32,000 bases of DNA from Psychrobacter sp. DM4 (GTDB lineage Bacteria > Pseudomonadota > Gammaproteobacteria > Pseudomonadales > Moraxellaceae): positions 2,250,001 through 2,282,000 of the forward strand of contig NZ_CP195536.1 in the NCBI RefSeq assembly GCF_051307035.1. Reading direction: 5' to 3'. Of this stretch, positions 1 through 9,808 are shown one piece after another. Both the position numbers and the translations under genes were made by a program. Positions within the stretch are counted from its first letter, which is position 1; every line of letters starts with the position of its first letter. Below the pieces are notes generated by a model, which was given only the letters and a program-made list of their open reading frames with translations, was not told the DNA's origin and did not search any database.

Positions 1-658
1 AGGCTTGCTGCAACAGGCGCGGCTGCTCGTATAACGCGGCCTCCTCCAGCACAGGCTGCACCGGTATCTGCTTAAAGATAGGCTGATCTGCCACGTTGTT
101 TTGCCAAATTGTTAATAACGCGACCACTCCGACCAACACGATAATGCGCTCCCACCACGGCGCACGCAGGCGACGAGAGAATATCCAAAGCAGTGCCACC
201 GTCTGCCACAAAAACAGCAGCAAAAACAGTATCGGCAAAAAGGAATAACTCCACTCAGGCAGCCAGCCTTGATGACCAAAAAACTGTACTAGGCTTTGTA
301 GCAAGGCTGATAAAGTATCTGCAACGAGCCAAAGCACCACAGGGACAAACAGCAAGCCTTGATTACCTGAGCGCCGCGCCAAGATGATACCACCAAGCAA
401 AATAATCACCGGCCAAATCAAATAACTGACCAGACCTTGCTCATTGAACACGCTACCGCTCTCGGCAGCTAGCCACGAAAACAAAACGTTGCTACCAAGG
501 GCGAGTACTGCAAATAGAGCGAACTGAAAAAACGTCGGTTTAACCCAAGAAAACGCACGCGTCGAGCCTACAAGCATCCACAAGGCTGCGATGATATTGG
601 CCGCAAAATTGAGTGAGAAGCGTTGAAGCGAGGTGGTTTTTAGTGATGAGAGTGACAA
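1..658 (-). CDS. polytopic membrane protein, truncated by the window edge (C-terminal part lies left of position 1)
   Basis: Absent from the ORF track because it has no in-window stop. I checked the minus-strand frame using plus-strand triplets starting at 2,5,8,... triplet by triplet; it is stop-free from the TAG at 671-673 down to position 2. The translation (...RFSLNFAANIIAALWMLVGSTRAFSWVKPTFFQFALFAVLALG...LIWPVIILLGGIILARR...LLFVPVVLWLVADTL...FLPILFLLLFLWQTVALLWIF...RIIVLVGVVALLTIW...PVLEEAALYEQPRLLQQA) shows 5-6 hydrophobic spans. The start is uncertain: TTG at 658 or ATG at 577. Track ORFs 72..254(-) and 193..387(+) are other frames of this region. Confidence 0.55.
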   Translation of the reverse strand, partial: MSLSSLKTTSLQRFSLNFAANIIAALWMLVGSTRAFSWVKPTFFQFALFAVLALGSNVLFSWLAAESGSVFNEQGLVSYLIWPVIILLGGIILARRSGNQGLLFVPVVLWLVADTLSALLQSLVQFFGHQGWLPEWSYSFLPILFLLLFLWQTVALLWIFSRRLRAPWWERIIVLVGVVALLTIWQNNVADQPIFKQIPVQPVLEEAALYEQPRLLQQA

Positions 659-716
659 AGAGGTAGACCTCTATCGATTCGATAAATGGGTAGGCAGTGG
701 AGCTATCAATATAAGT

Positions 717-759
717 AATGACTCTAATCTAAGCAATGACTCTAATCTAAGCAATGACT
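717..759. repeat. 18-bp tandem repeat AATGACTCTAATCTAAGC, 2 full copies plus a 7-bp partial third
   Basis: Exact copies at 717-734 and 735-752, then AATGACT at 753-759. An isolated AATGAC recurs at 771-776. The repeat is intergenic, about 60-180 bp upstream of the candidate starts of the edge membrane gene. Confidence 0.9.
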
Positions 760-916
760 GTTCACCGTTGAATGACATGTGAGTATTTGCAGCATGTTAA
801 GGGATTCACAAAGCCAAAATATTTGAGTGATTAGTCTAACGCGATTGTAACGGATTGTCAGTGACCACTATAACTATGATTTGTAAATACTTATAAAAAC
901 AGCATTAAACCTATAT

Positions 917-946
917 AAAAAAGACCTTATATAAAGGTCTCTTTTT
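917..946 (-). terminator. rho-independent terminator downstream of htpG (bidirectional shape)
   Basis: Stem AGACCTT (922-928) / AAGGTCT (934-940) with loop ATATA. It is flanked by an A-run (917-921) and a T-run (942-946). On the minus strand the hairpin is followed by TTTTTT. It lies 26 bp after the htpG stop. Confidence 0.75.
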
Positions 947-971
947 AATAAACAATTAAAGCTCGTTAACT

Positions 972-2960
972 CTAGCGCATCAACAGCTCATTCACGCGTT
1001 TAAGATAAGCGGCGGGATCATCGAGCTGACCGCCATCGGCTAGTAGCGCTTGATCAAAGATGACTTGTGCCAACTTATCAAAATCGCCGTCCGCCTGCTC
1101 GCTGCTCTCTAGTTTTTTGATCAGCGGATGATCAGGGTTGACCTCCAAGATAGGTTGCGTCTCTGGCACTTCTTGACCCATTTGCTGTAGCATCTGAATC
1201 ATCTGCGGTGACAGCTCCCCTTCTGCTGTGACTAGGATAGCAGGGCTATCTACCAAACGATTAGAGACACGGACATCTTTGGCGCGGGCGCCTAGTGCTG
1301 TTTTAAGCTTATCGACGACAGGCTTCATGCTCTCCTGCGCCTTTTGAGATTCCGCCTTTTCTTCTTCGTCTTGTAAGTCGCCCAAATCTACCGCACCTTT
1401 GGCGATATTCTGTAGCGGCGTCTCATCGAATGAGGTTAAGAAGTTCATCGCCCATTCATCAACGCGGCTGGTCATCAAGATAACTTCGATACCCTTCTTT
1501 TTGAATAGCTCAAGTTGTGGGCTGTTCTTTGCCGCAGCCAAGTTGTCAGCAGTCAGATAATAGATGGCTTTTTGACCGTCAATCATCCGCGCTTTGTAAT
1601 CCTCAAAGCTAGTCTCAACCTTGTCAGCAGTGCTAGTGACATAACGCAGCAATTTAGCAATGCGTTCTTGGTTGCCCATGTCCTCGCCAAGCCCTTCTTT
1701 GATGACGTCGCCAAACTCACTATAGAACTGAGCGAATTTTTCTTGTTTGCCGCTATCTTCACTATTGGCGAGACTCGCCAGCATCGTTAATATTCGACGG
1801 GCATTACCATCACGGATAGATTTGACGTCGCGCGACTCTTGTAATAACTCACGGCTGACATTCAACGGTAAGTCAGCTGAATCAATGACACCTTTAACAA
1901 AACGCAAGTACATTGGTAACAGCTGCTCGGCGTCATCCATAATGAACACCCGTTTGACATAAAGCTTGAGACCATGTTGCTGCTCACGGGTGTATAGATC
2001 CACAGGCGCTTTTTTGGGAACATACAATAGCTGAGTGTACTGGACGCGACCTTCGACTCGGTTATGTGTCCACGTTAATGGCTCATCCCTGTCATAAGTA
2101 ATGTTTTTATAAAAATCAACGTACTCATCCTCTTCAACCTCAGATACAGATCGTGTCCAAAGCGCACTGGCTTTATTGATGGTTTCCCACTCATCAGTGA
2201 GCACCATCTCGCCACCAGCTGGGGCATCACTGTCACCCCCTTCTTCAGCAACGTCTTCTTGCCAGATCTCTTTACGCATTTGAATCGGCAGGCTGATATG
2301 GTCTGAATACTTATTGACTAGGCGCTTAATCTTCGCGCGGTCTAAGTAATTATCCTCACCTTCGCTATATTCTTCTTTTAGATGTAAGGTGATGCTTGTG
2401 CCACGCGTGTCTTTATTAATGGTCTCAACGGTAAAGCTACCCGTACCGTCAGAGACCCAGCGTACGCCAGTATCGGCAGGCTCGCCCGCTTTACGCGACT
2501 CGACACTGATAGTATCGGCGACGATAAATCCTGAATAAAACCCGACACCGAATTGACCGATGAGCTGACCTTCTTGCTTTTGCGATTCAGAGAGCTTGTC
2601 CAAAAATGCTTTGGTACCTGATTTGGCAATCGTACCCAAATTTTCGATAGTGTCGGCTTCATTCATGCCGATACCATTATCGGTAAAGGTAATGGTTTTG
2701 GCCTCAGTATCAACAGCAATACGAATTTTTAGCTCGCCATCATCTTCATAGAGGCTGTCATCATTGGTCGCCTCAAAACGCAACTTATCGCACGCATCAG
2801 AAGCATTAGAGACTAATTCACGGACAAAGATATCGGCGTTTGAGTACAGCGAATGGGTCACTAAGTGTAGCAATTGCGCCACTTCGGCCTCAAACGTATG
2901 TTTTTTTAATTCTGGATTATTCTCATCGACTATCGGGGTGTCGTTTTTTGACTCACTCAT
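972..2960 (-). CDS. htpG: molecular chaperone HtpG (Hsp90 family)
   Basis: 662 aa. The N-terminal GHKL ATPase signature is [40 protein letters not shown]. It also has DNGIGM and GQFGVGFYS motifs and is colinear with E. coli HtpG over its full length. SD GGAG lies 6 nt upstream of the ATG. Confidence 0.97.
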   Translation of the reverse strand: MSESKNDTPIVDENNPELKKHTFEAEVAQLLHLVTHSLYSNADIFVRELVSNASDACDKLRFEATNDDSLYEDDGELKIRIAVDTEAKTITFTDNGIGMNEADTIENLGTIAKSGTKAFLDKLSESQKQEGQLIGQFGVGFYSGFIVADTISVESRKAGEPADTGVRWVSDGTGSFTVETINKDTRGTSITLHLKEEYSEGEDNYLDRAKIKRLVNKYSDHISLPIQMRKEIWQEDVAEEGGDSDAPAGGEMVLTDEWETINKASALWTRSVSEVEEDEYVDFYKNITYDRDEPLTWTHNRVEGRVQYTQLLYVPKKAPVDLYTREQQHGLKLYVKRVFIMDDAEQLLPMYLRFVKGVIDSADLPLNVSRELLQESRDVKSIRDGNARRILTMLASLANSEDSGKQEKFAQFYSEFGDVIKEGLGEDMGNQERIAKLLRYVTSTADKVETSFEDYKARMIDGQKAIYYLTADNLAAAKNSPQLELFKKKGIEVILMTSRVDEWAMNFLTSFDETPLQNIAKGAVDLGDLQDEEEKAESQKAQESMKPVVDKLKTALGARAKDVRVSNRLVDSPAILVTAEGELSPQMIQMLQQMGQEVPETQPILEVNPDHPLIKKLESSEQADGDFDKLAQVIFDQALLADGGQLDDPAAYLKRVNELLMR

Positions 2961-3044
2961 AAAAAACTCCTTTGATTTAGGTAAAAAAAGACTATCAAGT
3001 AGTAACAGTAATTAGTACTTAGCTTACTGTCATGCTGTCTATAC

Positions 3045-3072
3045 TAATAGGGTCGTAAGAGAAAATTTCAAG
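3045..3072 (-). promoter_or_regulatory. sigma32 (RpoH)-type heat-shock promoter for htpG
   Basis: The minus strand reads CTTGAAA-N13-CCCTATTA (consensus CTTGAAA-N13-15-CCCCATNT). It sits about 85-110 nt upstream of the htpG ATG. htpG is a classical sigma32 regulon member. Confidence 0.6.
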
Positions 3073-3093
3073 CATAAATGAGTGATAGACCGC

Positions 3094-3145
3094 TAATAAA
3101 CAATAATACCGCTCAAGGATACTTAAGCGGTATTATCGTTTATTA
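3094..3145 (-). terminator. long inverted repeat / probable terminator after the thioesterase-like gene
   Basis: 20-bp arms TAATAAACAATAATACCGCT (3094-3113) and AGCGGTATTATCGTTTATTA (3126-3145) with 1 mismatch and a 12-nt loop. There is no clean U-tract beyond the U-rich stem end. It insulates the upstream gene from the htpG promoter. Confidence 0.4.
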
Positions 3146-3271
3146 AAACGTGTCCTCATTTTGAAAATGGTGATAAAAATGAGATAAATTTTGAACCTAT
3201 TTAGATATTATCGTTTAGATTGAGGACACGCCCTAGTACAAAATGCCATCATAATTTAGCACAGCATCAAA

Positions 3272-4087
3272 CTAGCGTGGCATCGGACGAATGGTCAATA
3301 TCTGCTCACTACGTCCAAATGGACCGTGTACATCATGGAGTACCGCACTGGTTACCCCAATACCATCAGCGCCGTACTGTTGCACCGCTTCGATACCTAG
3401 CCAAGCCCCCTTTGGCTCTCGGTGCATGTGGATTTGCAGATCGGTGTTGGGAAACATCCACTCAAGATTTGAGAGCCCAAGTCCAAGCCTTGGTACCACG
3501 CCATTAGCAGTATCTACCATACCAAGTAGGCGTACCATATCGCTTATAGGCGCGCCCTCTACCATCTCAATGTCGTTGGTAATCCAGACCATACCGCGAC
3601 CAGCGCGGCGATCAGCATCGGAGACTAAGCGTACTGTATCAATAAAACCGCCCGGCCAACCTTTCATACCATCCCAGTTTTGCAATTCACTAGGCTGATG
3701 CTTGGCTGGCACATCCTCTAGACCGGCAATGATACTAGTATCTTGCGTCATCAGTCGCCATGCCCGCGCGATAATACTATCACGGCCATGACTACTCATA
3801 ACGGCTTCGACAAGCTCAATAGTTCTTCCCGGACGAATACAGCGGGTAGTAATCGTAAACTCACCTAGCGGTATCAATCCCAAAATATCCAAACTGATAC
3901 GAGCAACGCGCATATTCTCTTGTGGATCAAATCCAATTAGCTCAGAGGCAAGAAGTCCTGTTGCGGGCGCCATATGCTGTTCATGCTCATTCCAAGCACC
4001 TTGTACATGTTTGGTAGGCTTATACTGTGCCACTGTACTGCCATCTGTCTGTTGCTTGCGTTCGATAAACTGATAATACGCAGCCAT
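3272..4087 (-). CDS. thioesterase-superfamily protein (TesB-like / acyl-CoA thioesterase-like double hot-dog)
   Basis: 271 aa. The N-terminal pattern GAWNEHEQHMAPATGLLASEL resembles the G-x-W...QHGG-x-x-x-LL motif of ~270-aa thioesterase-family proteins, and the size fits. SD AGGA lies 5 nt upstream of the ATG. The family call is from memory, not from a search. Confidence 0.5.
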   Translation of the reverse strand: MAAYYQFIERKQQTDGSTVAQYKPTKHVQGAWNEHEQHMAPATGLLASELIGFDPQENMRVARISLDILGLIPLGEFTITTRCIRPGRTIELVEAVMSSHGRDSIIARAWRLMTQDTSIIAGLEDVPAKHQPSELQNWDGMKGWPGGFIDTVRLVSDADRRAGRGMVWITNDIEMVEGAPISDMVRLLGMVDTANGVVPRLGLGLSNLEWMFPNTDLQIHMHREPKGAWLGIEAVQQYGADGIGVTSAVLHDVHGPFGRSEQILTIRPMPR

Positions 4088-4113
4088 AGTGATCCTCTAT
4101 GTTATTGAATGAG

Positions 4114-4359
4114 TTAGTGAGTCAGCACTTGTTGTCTCGTTTTTAGAATTCTACGTGCTTTGATGATAAAGAAAAGTAAAACGACCATAAGTAAAGTGAG
4201 CATGGCGTAAAATAGACTTTTTTCTCGGACAAAGTGAATCATATTGATACTTAATACAAAGATAACCATGACAATAACAAACAGATTTACTTTTAGCTGT
4301 TTATTAATCTCAGTGATATCAGCCTGCGCCAAATCAAACTTCGTTCTTTGTTTTTTCAT
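4114..4359 (-). CDS. small membrane protein (2 predicted TM helices), hypothetical
   Basis: 81 aa with two hydrophobic spans (LFVIVMVIFVLSINMI and LFYAMLTLLMVVLLFFII) and a positively charged N-terminus and C-terminus. It starts 17 bp after the ispH stop on the same strand. The SD is weak. Confidence 0.4.
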   Translation of the reverse strand: MKKQRTKFDLAQADITEINKQLKVNLFVIVMVIFVLSINMIHFVREKSLFYAMLTLLMVVLLFFIIKARRILKTRQQVLTH

Positions 4360-4376
4360 GAGGTCTTCTCTTACTC

Positions 4377-5333
4377 TTATCTACCCACTTGAGTGACTGG
4401 AATACGTAGGGCTTTGGGCAGACTAAAAGTCACGTTTTCTTCGATACCTGCCAGCTCGTTTGGTAACTCACCGCCCCAGTCTTGCAGCTGTTGCAACACT
4501 TCCTGAATGAGCACTTCAGGCGCAGAAGCACCCGCAGTGACGCCAGCGCTCTTCACGCCATCAAACCAGCGCTTATCCATTTCTTGTGCATTATCGATAA
4601 GATAAGCTTTACAATTCATGCGCTCTGCCAGCTCACGCAAACGGTTAGAGTTTGAAGAATTTGGAGAGCCGACCACCAGCACGACTTCACAGCGCGTCGC
4701 TAAATCCTTTACTGCATCTTGACGGTTTTGGGTGGCATAACAAATATCATCTTTGCGCGGGCCTTGAATACTTGGAAACTTGTCACGCAGCGCATCGATA
4801 ACGCGCGCCGTATCATCCATAGATAGCGTTGTTTGCGTGACAAAAGCGAGACGCTCAGCATCTTGTACCGTAAGCTCGTCGACATCCTTTTCATCCTCGA
4901 CCAGATGAATCTCGCCGCCGTATTTACGATTGAAGCGCCCCATCGTACCCTCTACCTCAGGGTGACCGGCATGACCGATCAGTATGGCATCCATACCATC
5001 TTGCGCAAACTTTGCCACTTCAATATGGACTTTGGTCACTAGTGGGCAAGTGGCGTCAAACACCGTCAAATCGCGGCGCTCAGCCTCGTCCTCAACTGCT
5101 TTTGAGACGCCATGTGCCGAAAAGATAACGATAGCACCATCTGGTACTTCATGGAGCTCTTCGACGAATACCGCACCGCGATTGGCTAGATCTGAGACTA
5201 CAAACTTGTTGTGCACCACTTCGTGACGCACATAAATAGGCGGCTCAAAACGCATCAAGGCTTCGTTGACGATCGCAATTGCGCGATCCACACCAGCACA
5301 GAATCCACGAGGATTGGCAAGATAAATTTGCAT
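4377..5333 (-). CDS. ispH: 4-hydroxy-3-methylbut-2-enyl diphosphate reductase IspH (LytB)
   Basis: [26 protein letters not shown] aligns with the E. coli IspH N-terminus [19 protein letters not shown]. The three conserved Cys contexts (FCAG, ATCPLV, and the downstream ICYAT) are present. I prefer the ATG at 5333 over the track start at 5366 (11 extra residues). Confidence 0.95.
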   Translation of the reverse strand: MQIYLANPRGFCAGVDRAIAIVNEALMRFEPPIYVRHEVVHNKFVVSDLANRGAVFVEELHEVPDGAIVIFSAHGVSKAVEDEAERRDLTVFDATCPLVTKVHIEVAKFAQDGMDAILIGHAGHPEVEGTMGRFNRKYGGEIHLVEDEKDVDELTVQDAERLAFVTQTTLSMDDTARVIDALRDKFPSIQGPRKDDICYATQNRQDAVKDLATRCEVVLVVGSPNSSNSNRLRELAERMNCKAYLIDNAQEMDKRWFDGVKSAGVTAGASAPEVLIQEVLQQLQDWGGELPNELAGIEENVTFSLPKALRIPVTQVGR

Positions 5334-5666
5334 AAGGTGACCTATCATTGGATAATTTGGAATCAAAGCTTAGATATACATCTAAAGTAGGAATAAAATG
5401 AATGCTCCACTTTAGCATATTTTGCTTTTATTGCGTTTTAACTTTTATGAGCTTTTAACATGCTTATCGGTATCTTTTAACAAACACGCTGAGGTACAAA
5501 ATCTTTTTTTAGCTGGCAAAAGCGGTTTATAATGACGACCTATAATAATGAGTACGCCTCCAGTTATCGTGTCATCAAAAAACACGCTATTAACATCTCT
5601 GATATCTTTTTTACTTTCGATAGCTTACGTTAAATACTCACCAAAACACTTACTTGGACATATAGT

Positions 5667-6299
5667 ATGACAGGTTCTTTATTTATTATTACAGCAGCCT
5701 CAGGTACGGGCAAGACCTCTTTGGTTAAGCAGCTATTAGCGACGACCAATGATTTGAGTGTTAGTGTCTCTCATACGACTCGCGCGCCGCGTCCAGGCGA
5801 GATTGATGGTCATCATTATCATTTTACGAGCGTCGATAATTTTGTGAGCGCTATTAATGACAATCAGTTTTTGGAACATGCTGAGGTATTTGGGAATTAT
5901 TATGGTACCTCAGAGTCGAGCGTACGCGCGCAGCTACAAGCAGGCGTTGATGTGATTTTGGAGATCGACTGGCAAGGCGCTTTGCAAGTCAAAAAGATAT
6001 TTGCGCAAGCGACGATGGTGTTTATATTGCCGCCAAGCATTGCCACTTTGCGCCAGCGCTTATCTACCCGAGGTCAAGACAGCTCGGAGGTCATAGAAAA
6101 ACGGCTCGCAGGCGCGGTCACTGAAATGGCGCAGTACGTTAATTTTGATTTTGTGATTATCAACGACAACTTTGAGGTAGCATTAACAGAGCTCAAAGCA
6201 ATTATCGTCGCCGATAGGCAGACTCTAGAACGTCAGCAACAACGTTATCATAGAACGATTGCAACTTTGCTCACCAATGGCGCAGATACAGATACTTAG
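5667..6299 (+). CDS. gmk: guanylate kinase
   Basis: 210 aa with P-loop [21 protein letters not shown] and YHF motifs. It sits in the conserved position upstream of rpoZ. Confidence 0.95.
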   Translation: MTGSLFIITAASGTGKTSLVKQLLATTNDLSVSVSHTTRAPRPGEIDGHHYHFTSVDNFVSAINDNQFLEHAEVFGNYYGTSESSVRAQLQAGVDVILEIDWQGALQVKKIFAQATMVFILPPSIATLRQRLSTRGQDSSEVIEKRLAGAVTEMAQYVNFDFVIINDNFEVALTELKAIIVADRQTLERQQQRYHRTIATLLTNGADTDT

Positions 6300-6456
6300 C
6301 AACCAAGCGGTGTCAATAGCAAAAAGCAATGACGCCCTTGCACAAAAATGATATAATAGCGGGTTATTGATTCTTATATATATTTTATTGATATATTTAT
6401 CCCTGCTGTTCGCATAAAGGGTAATTTGTCGATAGAGACAACTGAGGTAGCTAGCT

Positions 6457-6717
6457 ATGGCAAGAGTGACGATTGAAGACTGTTTGGATAATGTGGATAA
6501 TCGCTTTGAGTTGGTTTTGGTCGCCAGCAAACGCGCGCGCCAATTAGCAAAGGGCATCGCTGAGCCTTTGGTTGAAGTCGATAACGACAAGCCTACCGTT
6601 CTAGCGCTACGCGAGATTGCCGCAGGCAAGATTACCCGCGATATTCTCAGTCAACCTGAGCATAATTTTGCGACCAGTTCACTTGATTTAGCATTGTCAG
6701 GGGATCATGGTTTTTAA
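6457..6717 (+). CDS. rpoZ: DNA-directed RNA polymerase subunit omega
   Basis: 86 aa. [30 protein letters not shown] is the canonical omega N-terminus. SD GAGG lies upstream. Confidence 0.95.
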   Translation: MARVTIEDCLDNVDNRFELVLVASKRARQLAKGIAEPLVEVDNDKPTVLALREIAAGKITRDILSQPEHNFATSSLDLALSGDHGF

Positions 6718-7084
6718 TTATTGATATACTTGGTACTTGTACTGACAGAAGCCATTGCTCACGCGGTGGCTTTTGCTATTTGTGACCCTTTATATTTAGC
6801 ACACCGGATACTTGTAATCTCTAACATATAAAGCTAAATAGATCTTTGAGGTGCTAGGTAGAGACAAAAAGATAGTCGTATATAGCCACATAGTTATAAA
6901 GTAATCAGTATAACTGTGAATACTAAAGTTTTTATTACCCCTACTCGCTTAACAGTTGACATTGGGGACAATTTGCGATTAATTAGAGGATGGTTCACGC
7001 GTTTTAGTAGTTCTCATGTCTCAATTGTTTATCTTGACCATAGTGAAATCAACAACCTCTCTTTAGCATTAGGATAGCCCTTCT

Positions 7085-9268
7085 ATGAGTCAGACTTTAC
7101 CCAAGCTTAGCCATCACTTGGTCGATGATGCCCAATATAATCTGCTGCGCTCAGTGGGATATTTAAGTGCGGATGAGCGCTGCGATATCATTGACGCTTG
7201 CGCGTTTGGTGATGTGGCTCATATCAAGGACAAGCGTAAATCAGGTGAGCCTTATATCACCCATCCGATTGCTGTCGCTGAAATATTGGCAGGATTCCGT
7301 CTAGATCGAGATACGATCATCGCCGCCATTTTGCATGATACGGTCGAGGACACTGAGGTCAGCGGCGAGCAAATTGAGACACGCTTCGGTAAATCCGTAG
7401 CTCGGTTAGTCGATGGCGTCACCAAACTCAAATCCTCAGCTCACAATAAGCAGCAAAACAAAGCGGCGACCTTTCATAAGATTTTGACCGCGACCCTCGC
7501 AGACCCGCGCGTCTTGATTATAAAGCTCTCTGATCGCCTGCACAATATGTCGACCCTTGATGCGGTTAGCCCCAAAAAACAGCGCGACACTGCGCAAGAA
7601 ACCCTTGATTTTTATGTGCCCTTTGCCCGTCTCATGGGACTAAATGATATTGCTGATTATATCGAGGTACTTTGTTATCGCAACCTTGACTTTGATATGT
7701 ACAACAAGTTATCTGACAAGCTATTACAGCACGGTCTTGGTCGCAACTTTCAAAGAGAGGCCATCCATCGTTATCTGAGCATAGTGCTCAACAATTTAGA
7801 TCTAAATGGACATGTCAAAGTACTAGACAATCGCGTCGTTATCTATCGTCAGTTCTTCCGAAATCGCGGTGAGATTAATGCGCTACTGCGTCATTATGCT
7901 TTTGAGATTGTCTTGGACAATATCGAGGCCTGTGACAAGCTGGCTTATTATTTGATTAAAAAGTATCAGATTGAAGATGCTAATATTCAGGACAATATTC
8001 GCAGGCCACTCCCTGGTGGTAACCAGTCTTTGACGTTGATCTATGAGCGCGATAATGACACTATCAAAGTCATCATTTTAACCAAAAAAATGCTGAGTGC
8101 TGCCAGACTTGGGGTTATCGGTGCAGAACACGCCTCAGATGTCAGTCAGTCCGTTATTCAGGCGTCCCTACGTAATATGAAAGATTTGGTCGATGAAGAT
8201 ACTTTGAATGAGAACAGTACCGACTTTAGCGCTGCGGTATCCGCCATTAACGAGCTGATGAATTATCTTCATTCAAGTAAAATTCTGTGTTACAGCCCAA
8301 AGGGTCGGGCTTATGAGCTACCACAAGGGGCGACCGCCCTTGACTTTGCTTATGCGGTTGGACCTTTAGTAGGCAATGTCGCCGTTGGTGCGAACGTCGA
8401 TGGTAAGGAGGCTAAACTCGGTACGGTCGTCAAAAACGGTCAAACGATCGAGATTGAAACCATCAAACACTCAGAGCCAAAAGCCGAATGGCTTGGATTT
8501 GTAGTTACTAATAAAGCGCGAAAAGAGCTTTTGCGTTGGTTCAAGGACTTGTCTGCTGAAGAGAAGCAACGTCATGGTAAGCAAGCCCTTGATCGCGCCC
8601 TAAAGACCTATCAAAAGGGCCTTGATGATTTACATGACTGTGAGTGGGATAATCTGTTAGAGTGGCGCGGTCTACGCACTAAAGACGCCTTGTTCGAGCA
8701 GATTAGCTCAGGTACCTTATTGCCACAACTGGTGGTATCGCGCCTCTTTAACGATGAGGTAAGTCTGCAAACACAGCAAAACGATCTTGAAATGTCTCAG
8801 CCGCAGCAATTGGTTGCTAATGCGGCAGGCGTTGAGTTTGATTTTGCTAATTGCTGTCATCCTATTTATGGTGATCCTATTGTCGGTCATCTCTCTCGTC
8901 ACGGTTTAGTCGTCCATCGTCACAAGTGCTTTTCTCTTGATGAGATCCGTAAAGACAACCCCTACCAAGTGATTCAATTACAATGGCATGACGATACCGC
9001 TGTCAAACAAAATGAGTCGAATGAATACGATAGCAAGATACGTTTTTCCGCCTACTTAAAGGTCTCTATTGCTCTAACTGATGAGCAAATCAGTGAGGTG
9101 ATTTATCATCTGCGTCAATTGAACGTCGGTGTCGAAAATATAGAGGTACGTAGCGTCGATACTGTCGTTCATATTATTGTGCGTAGTCGCAATCATTTAG
9201 CCAAAGGCATTCGCGAGCTGCGCTCCGTGTTGGGCTTTCCTAATATCATGCGCTTGTATCAGTTATAA
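7085..9268 (+). CDS. spoT: RelA/SpoT-homologue SpoT: intact HD (p)ppGpp hydrolase domain, degenerate synthetase domain, TGS and ACT-like C-terminal regions
   Basis: 727 aa. HD-domain motifs are present (GEPYITHPIAVAEIL, HDTVEDT, IKLSDRLHNM). A TGS-like segment is present (YSPKGRAYELPQGATALDFAYAV). The gene follows rpoZ as in other gammaproteobacteria. See the findings for the synthetase motifs. Confidence 0.9.
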   Translation: MSQTLPKLSHHLVDDAQYNLLRSVGYLSADERCDIIDACAFGDVAHIKDKRKSGEPYITHPIAVAEILAGFRLDRDTIIAAILHDTVEDTEVSGEQIETRFGKSVARLVDGVTKLKSSAHNKQQNKAATFHKILTATLADPRVLIIKLSDRLHNMSTLDAVSPKKQRDTAQETLDFYVPFARLMGLNDIADYIEVLCYRNLDFDMYNKLSDKLLQHGLGRNFQREAIHRYLSIVLNNLDLNGHVKVLDNRVVIYRQFFRNRGEINALLRHYAFEIVLDNIEACDKLAYYLIKKYQIEDANIQDNIRRPLPGGNQSLTLIYERDNDTIKVIILTKKMLSAARLGVIGAEHASDVSQSVIQASLRNMKDLVDEDTLNENSTDFSAAVSAINELMNYLHSSKILCYSPKGRAYELPQGATALDFAYAVGPLVGNVAVGANVDGKEAKLGTVVKNGQTIEIETIKHSEPKAEWLGFVVTNKARKELLRWFKDLSAEEKQRHGKQALDRALKTYQKGLDDLHDCEWDNLLEWRGLRTKDALFEQISSGTLLPQLVVSRLFNDEVSLQTQQNDLEMSQPQQLVANAAGVEFDFANCCHPIYGDPIVGHLSRHGLVVHRHKCFSLDEIRKDNPYQVIQLQWHDDTAVKQNESNEYDSKIRFSAYLKVSIALTDEQISEVIYHLRQLNVGVENIEVRSVDTVVHIIVRSRNHLAKGIRELRSVLGFPNIMRLYQL

Positions 9269-9304
9269 TACCTCTGCTAAAAAAACAAACTAAAAGGACT
9301 AAAA

Positions 9305-9685
9305 ATGAGTCGTCAAACCATTCAAACAGATAACGCGCCAGCGGCCGTTGGTACTTATTCGCAAGCGGTTAAGGTTGGCAATACAGTTTATATCTCAGGT
9401 CAGCTGGGCTTAGATCCGCAAACCATGGAACTAAAAGAGGGCTTTGAGGCACAGGCCAAGCAAGTCTTTGTTAACCTAAAAGCCATATGCGAAGCGGCGG
9501 GCGGTAGTATCAATGATGTCGTTAAGTTCAACGTCTCTTTGACTGATTTAAACGACTTTGTAGCTTTGAATGACGTCTTTGTCGCTAATTTAATACAGCC
9601 CTACCCTGCGAGAGCTGCCGTACAAGTCGCCGCCTTACCTAAAGGCGGTGTAGTTGAGATTGAAGCTATTATGTATCTCGAATAA
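9305..9685 (+). CDS. ridA: RidA/YjgF-family reactive-intermediate deaminase
   Basis: 126 aa. The matching strings are IQTDNAPAAVGTYSQAVKVGNTVYISGQLGLDP and the C-terminal PARAAVQVAALPKGGVVEIEAI, typical of the family. Its position after spoT matches Pseudomonas. SD AGGA lies upstream. Confidence 0.9.
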   Translation: MSRQTIQTDNAPAAVGTYSQAVKVGNTVYISGQLGLDPQTMELKEGFEAQAKQVFVNLKAICEAAGGSINDVVKFNVSLTDLNDFVALNDVFVANLIQPYPARAAVQVAALPKGGVVEIEAIMYLE

Positions 9686-9716
9686 TCACGATTTGGTAGT
9701 ACAAGAGTAAACAAAC

Positions 9717-9752
9717 AAGCCCAAATCGTCCCGTTTGGGCTTGCTTATTTTG
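9717..9752 (+). terminator. rho-independent terminator after ridA
   Basis: Stem AAGCCCAAA (9717-9725) / TTTGGGCTT (9734-9742) with an 8-nt loop, followed by GCTTATTTTGG. Confidence 0.75.
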
Positions 9753-9808
9753 GTCTAAATGATTTTCAGACGGTACTTTCAAACTCAAATAGGTTGCGAG
9801 CGTTCTCT

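Noticed and set aside
3291-3698. 135-aa and 95-aa plus-strand ORFs (3291..3698, 3220..3507) overlapping the thioesterase-like gene
   Set aside because: These are antisense shadow ORFs. The minus-strand ORF is longer, has an SD and carries a recognisable family motif.
5334-5366. 11-codon N-terminal extension of ispH (track start at 5366)
   Set aside because: Alignment with E. coli IspH begins exactly at the internal [14 protein letters not shown]. The ATG at 5333 has an AGGT about 8 nt upstream.
6225-6629. 134-aa minus-strand ORF spanning the gmk 3' end, the intergenic region and the rpoZ 5' end
   Set aside because: It overlaps two canonical genes and an AT-rich spacer, and its translation is low-complexity with no motif. 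I judge it spurious.
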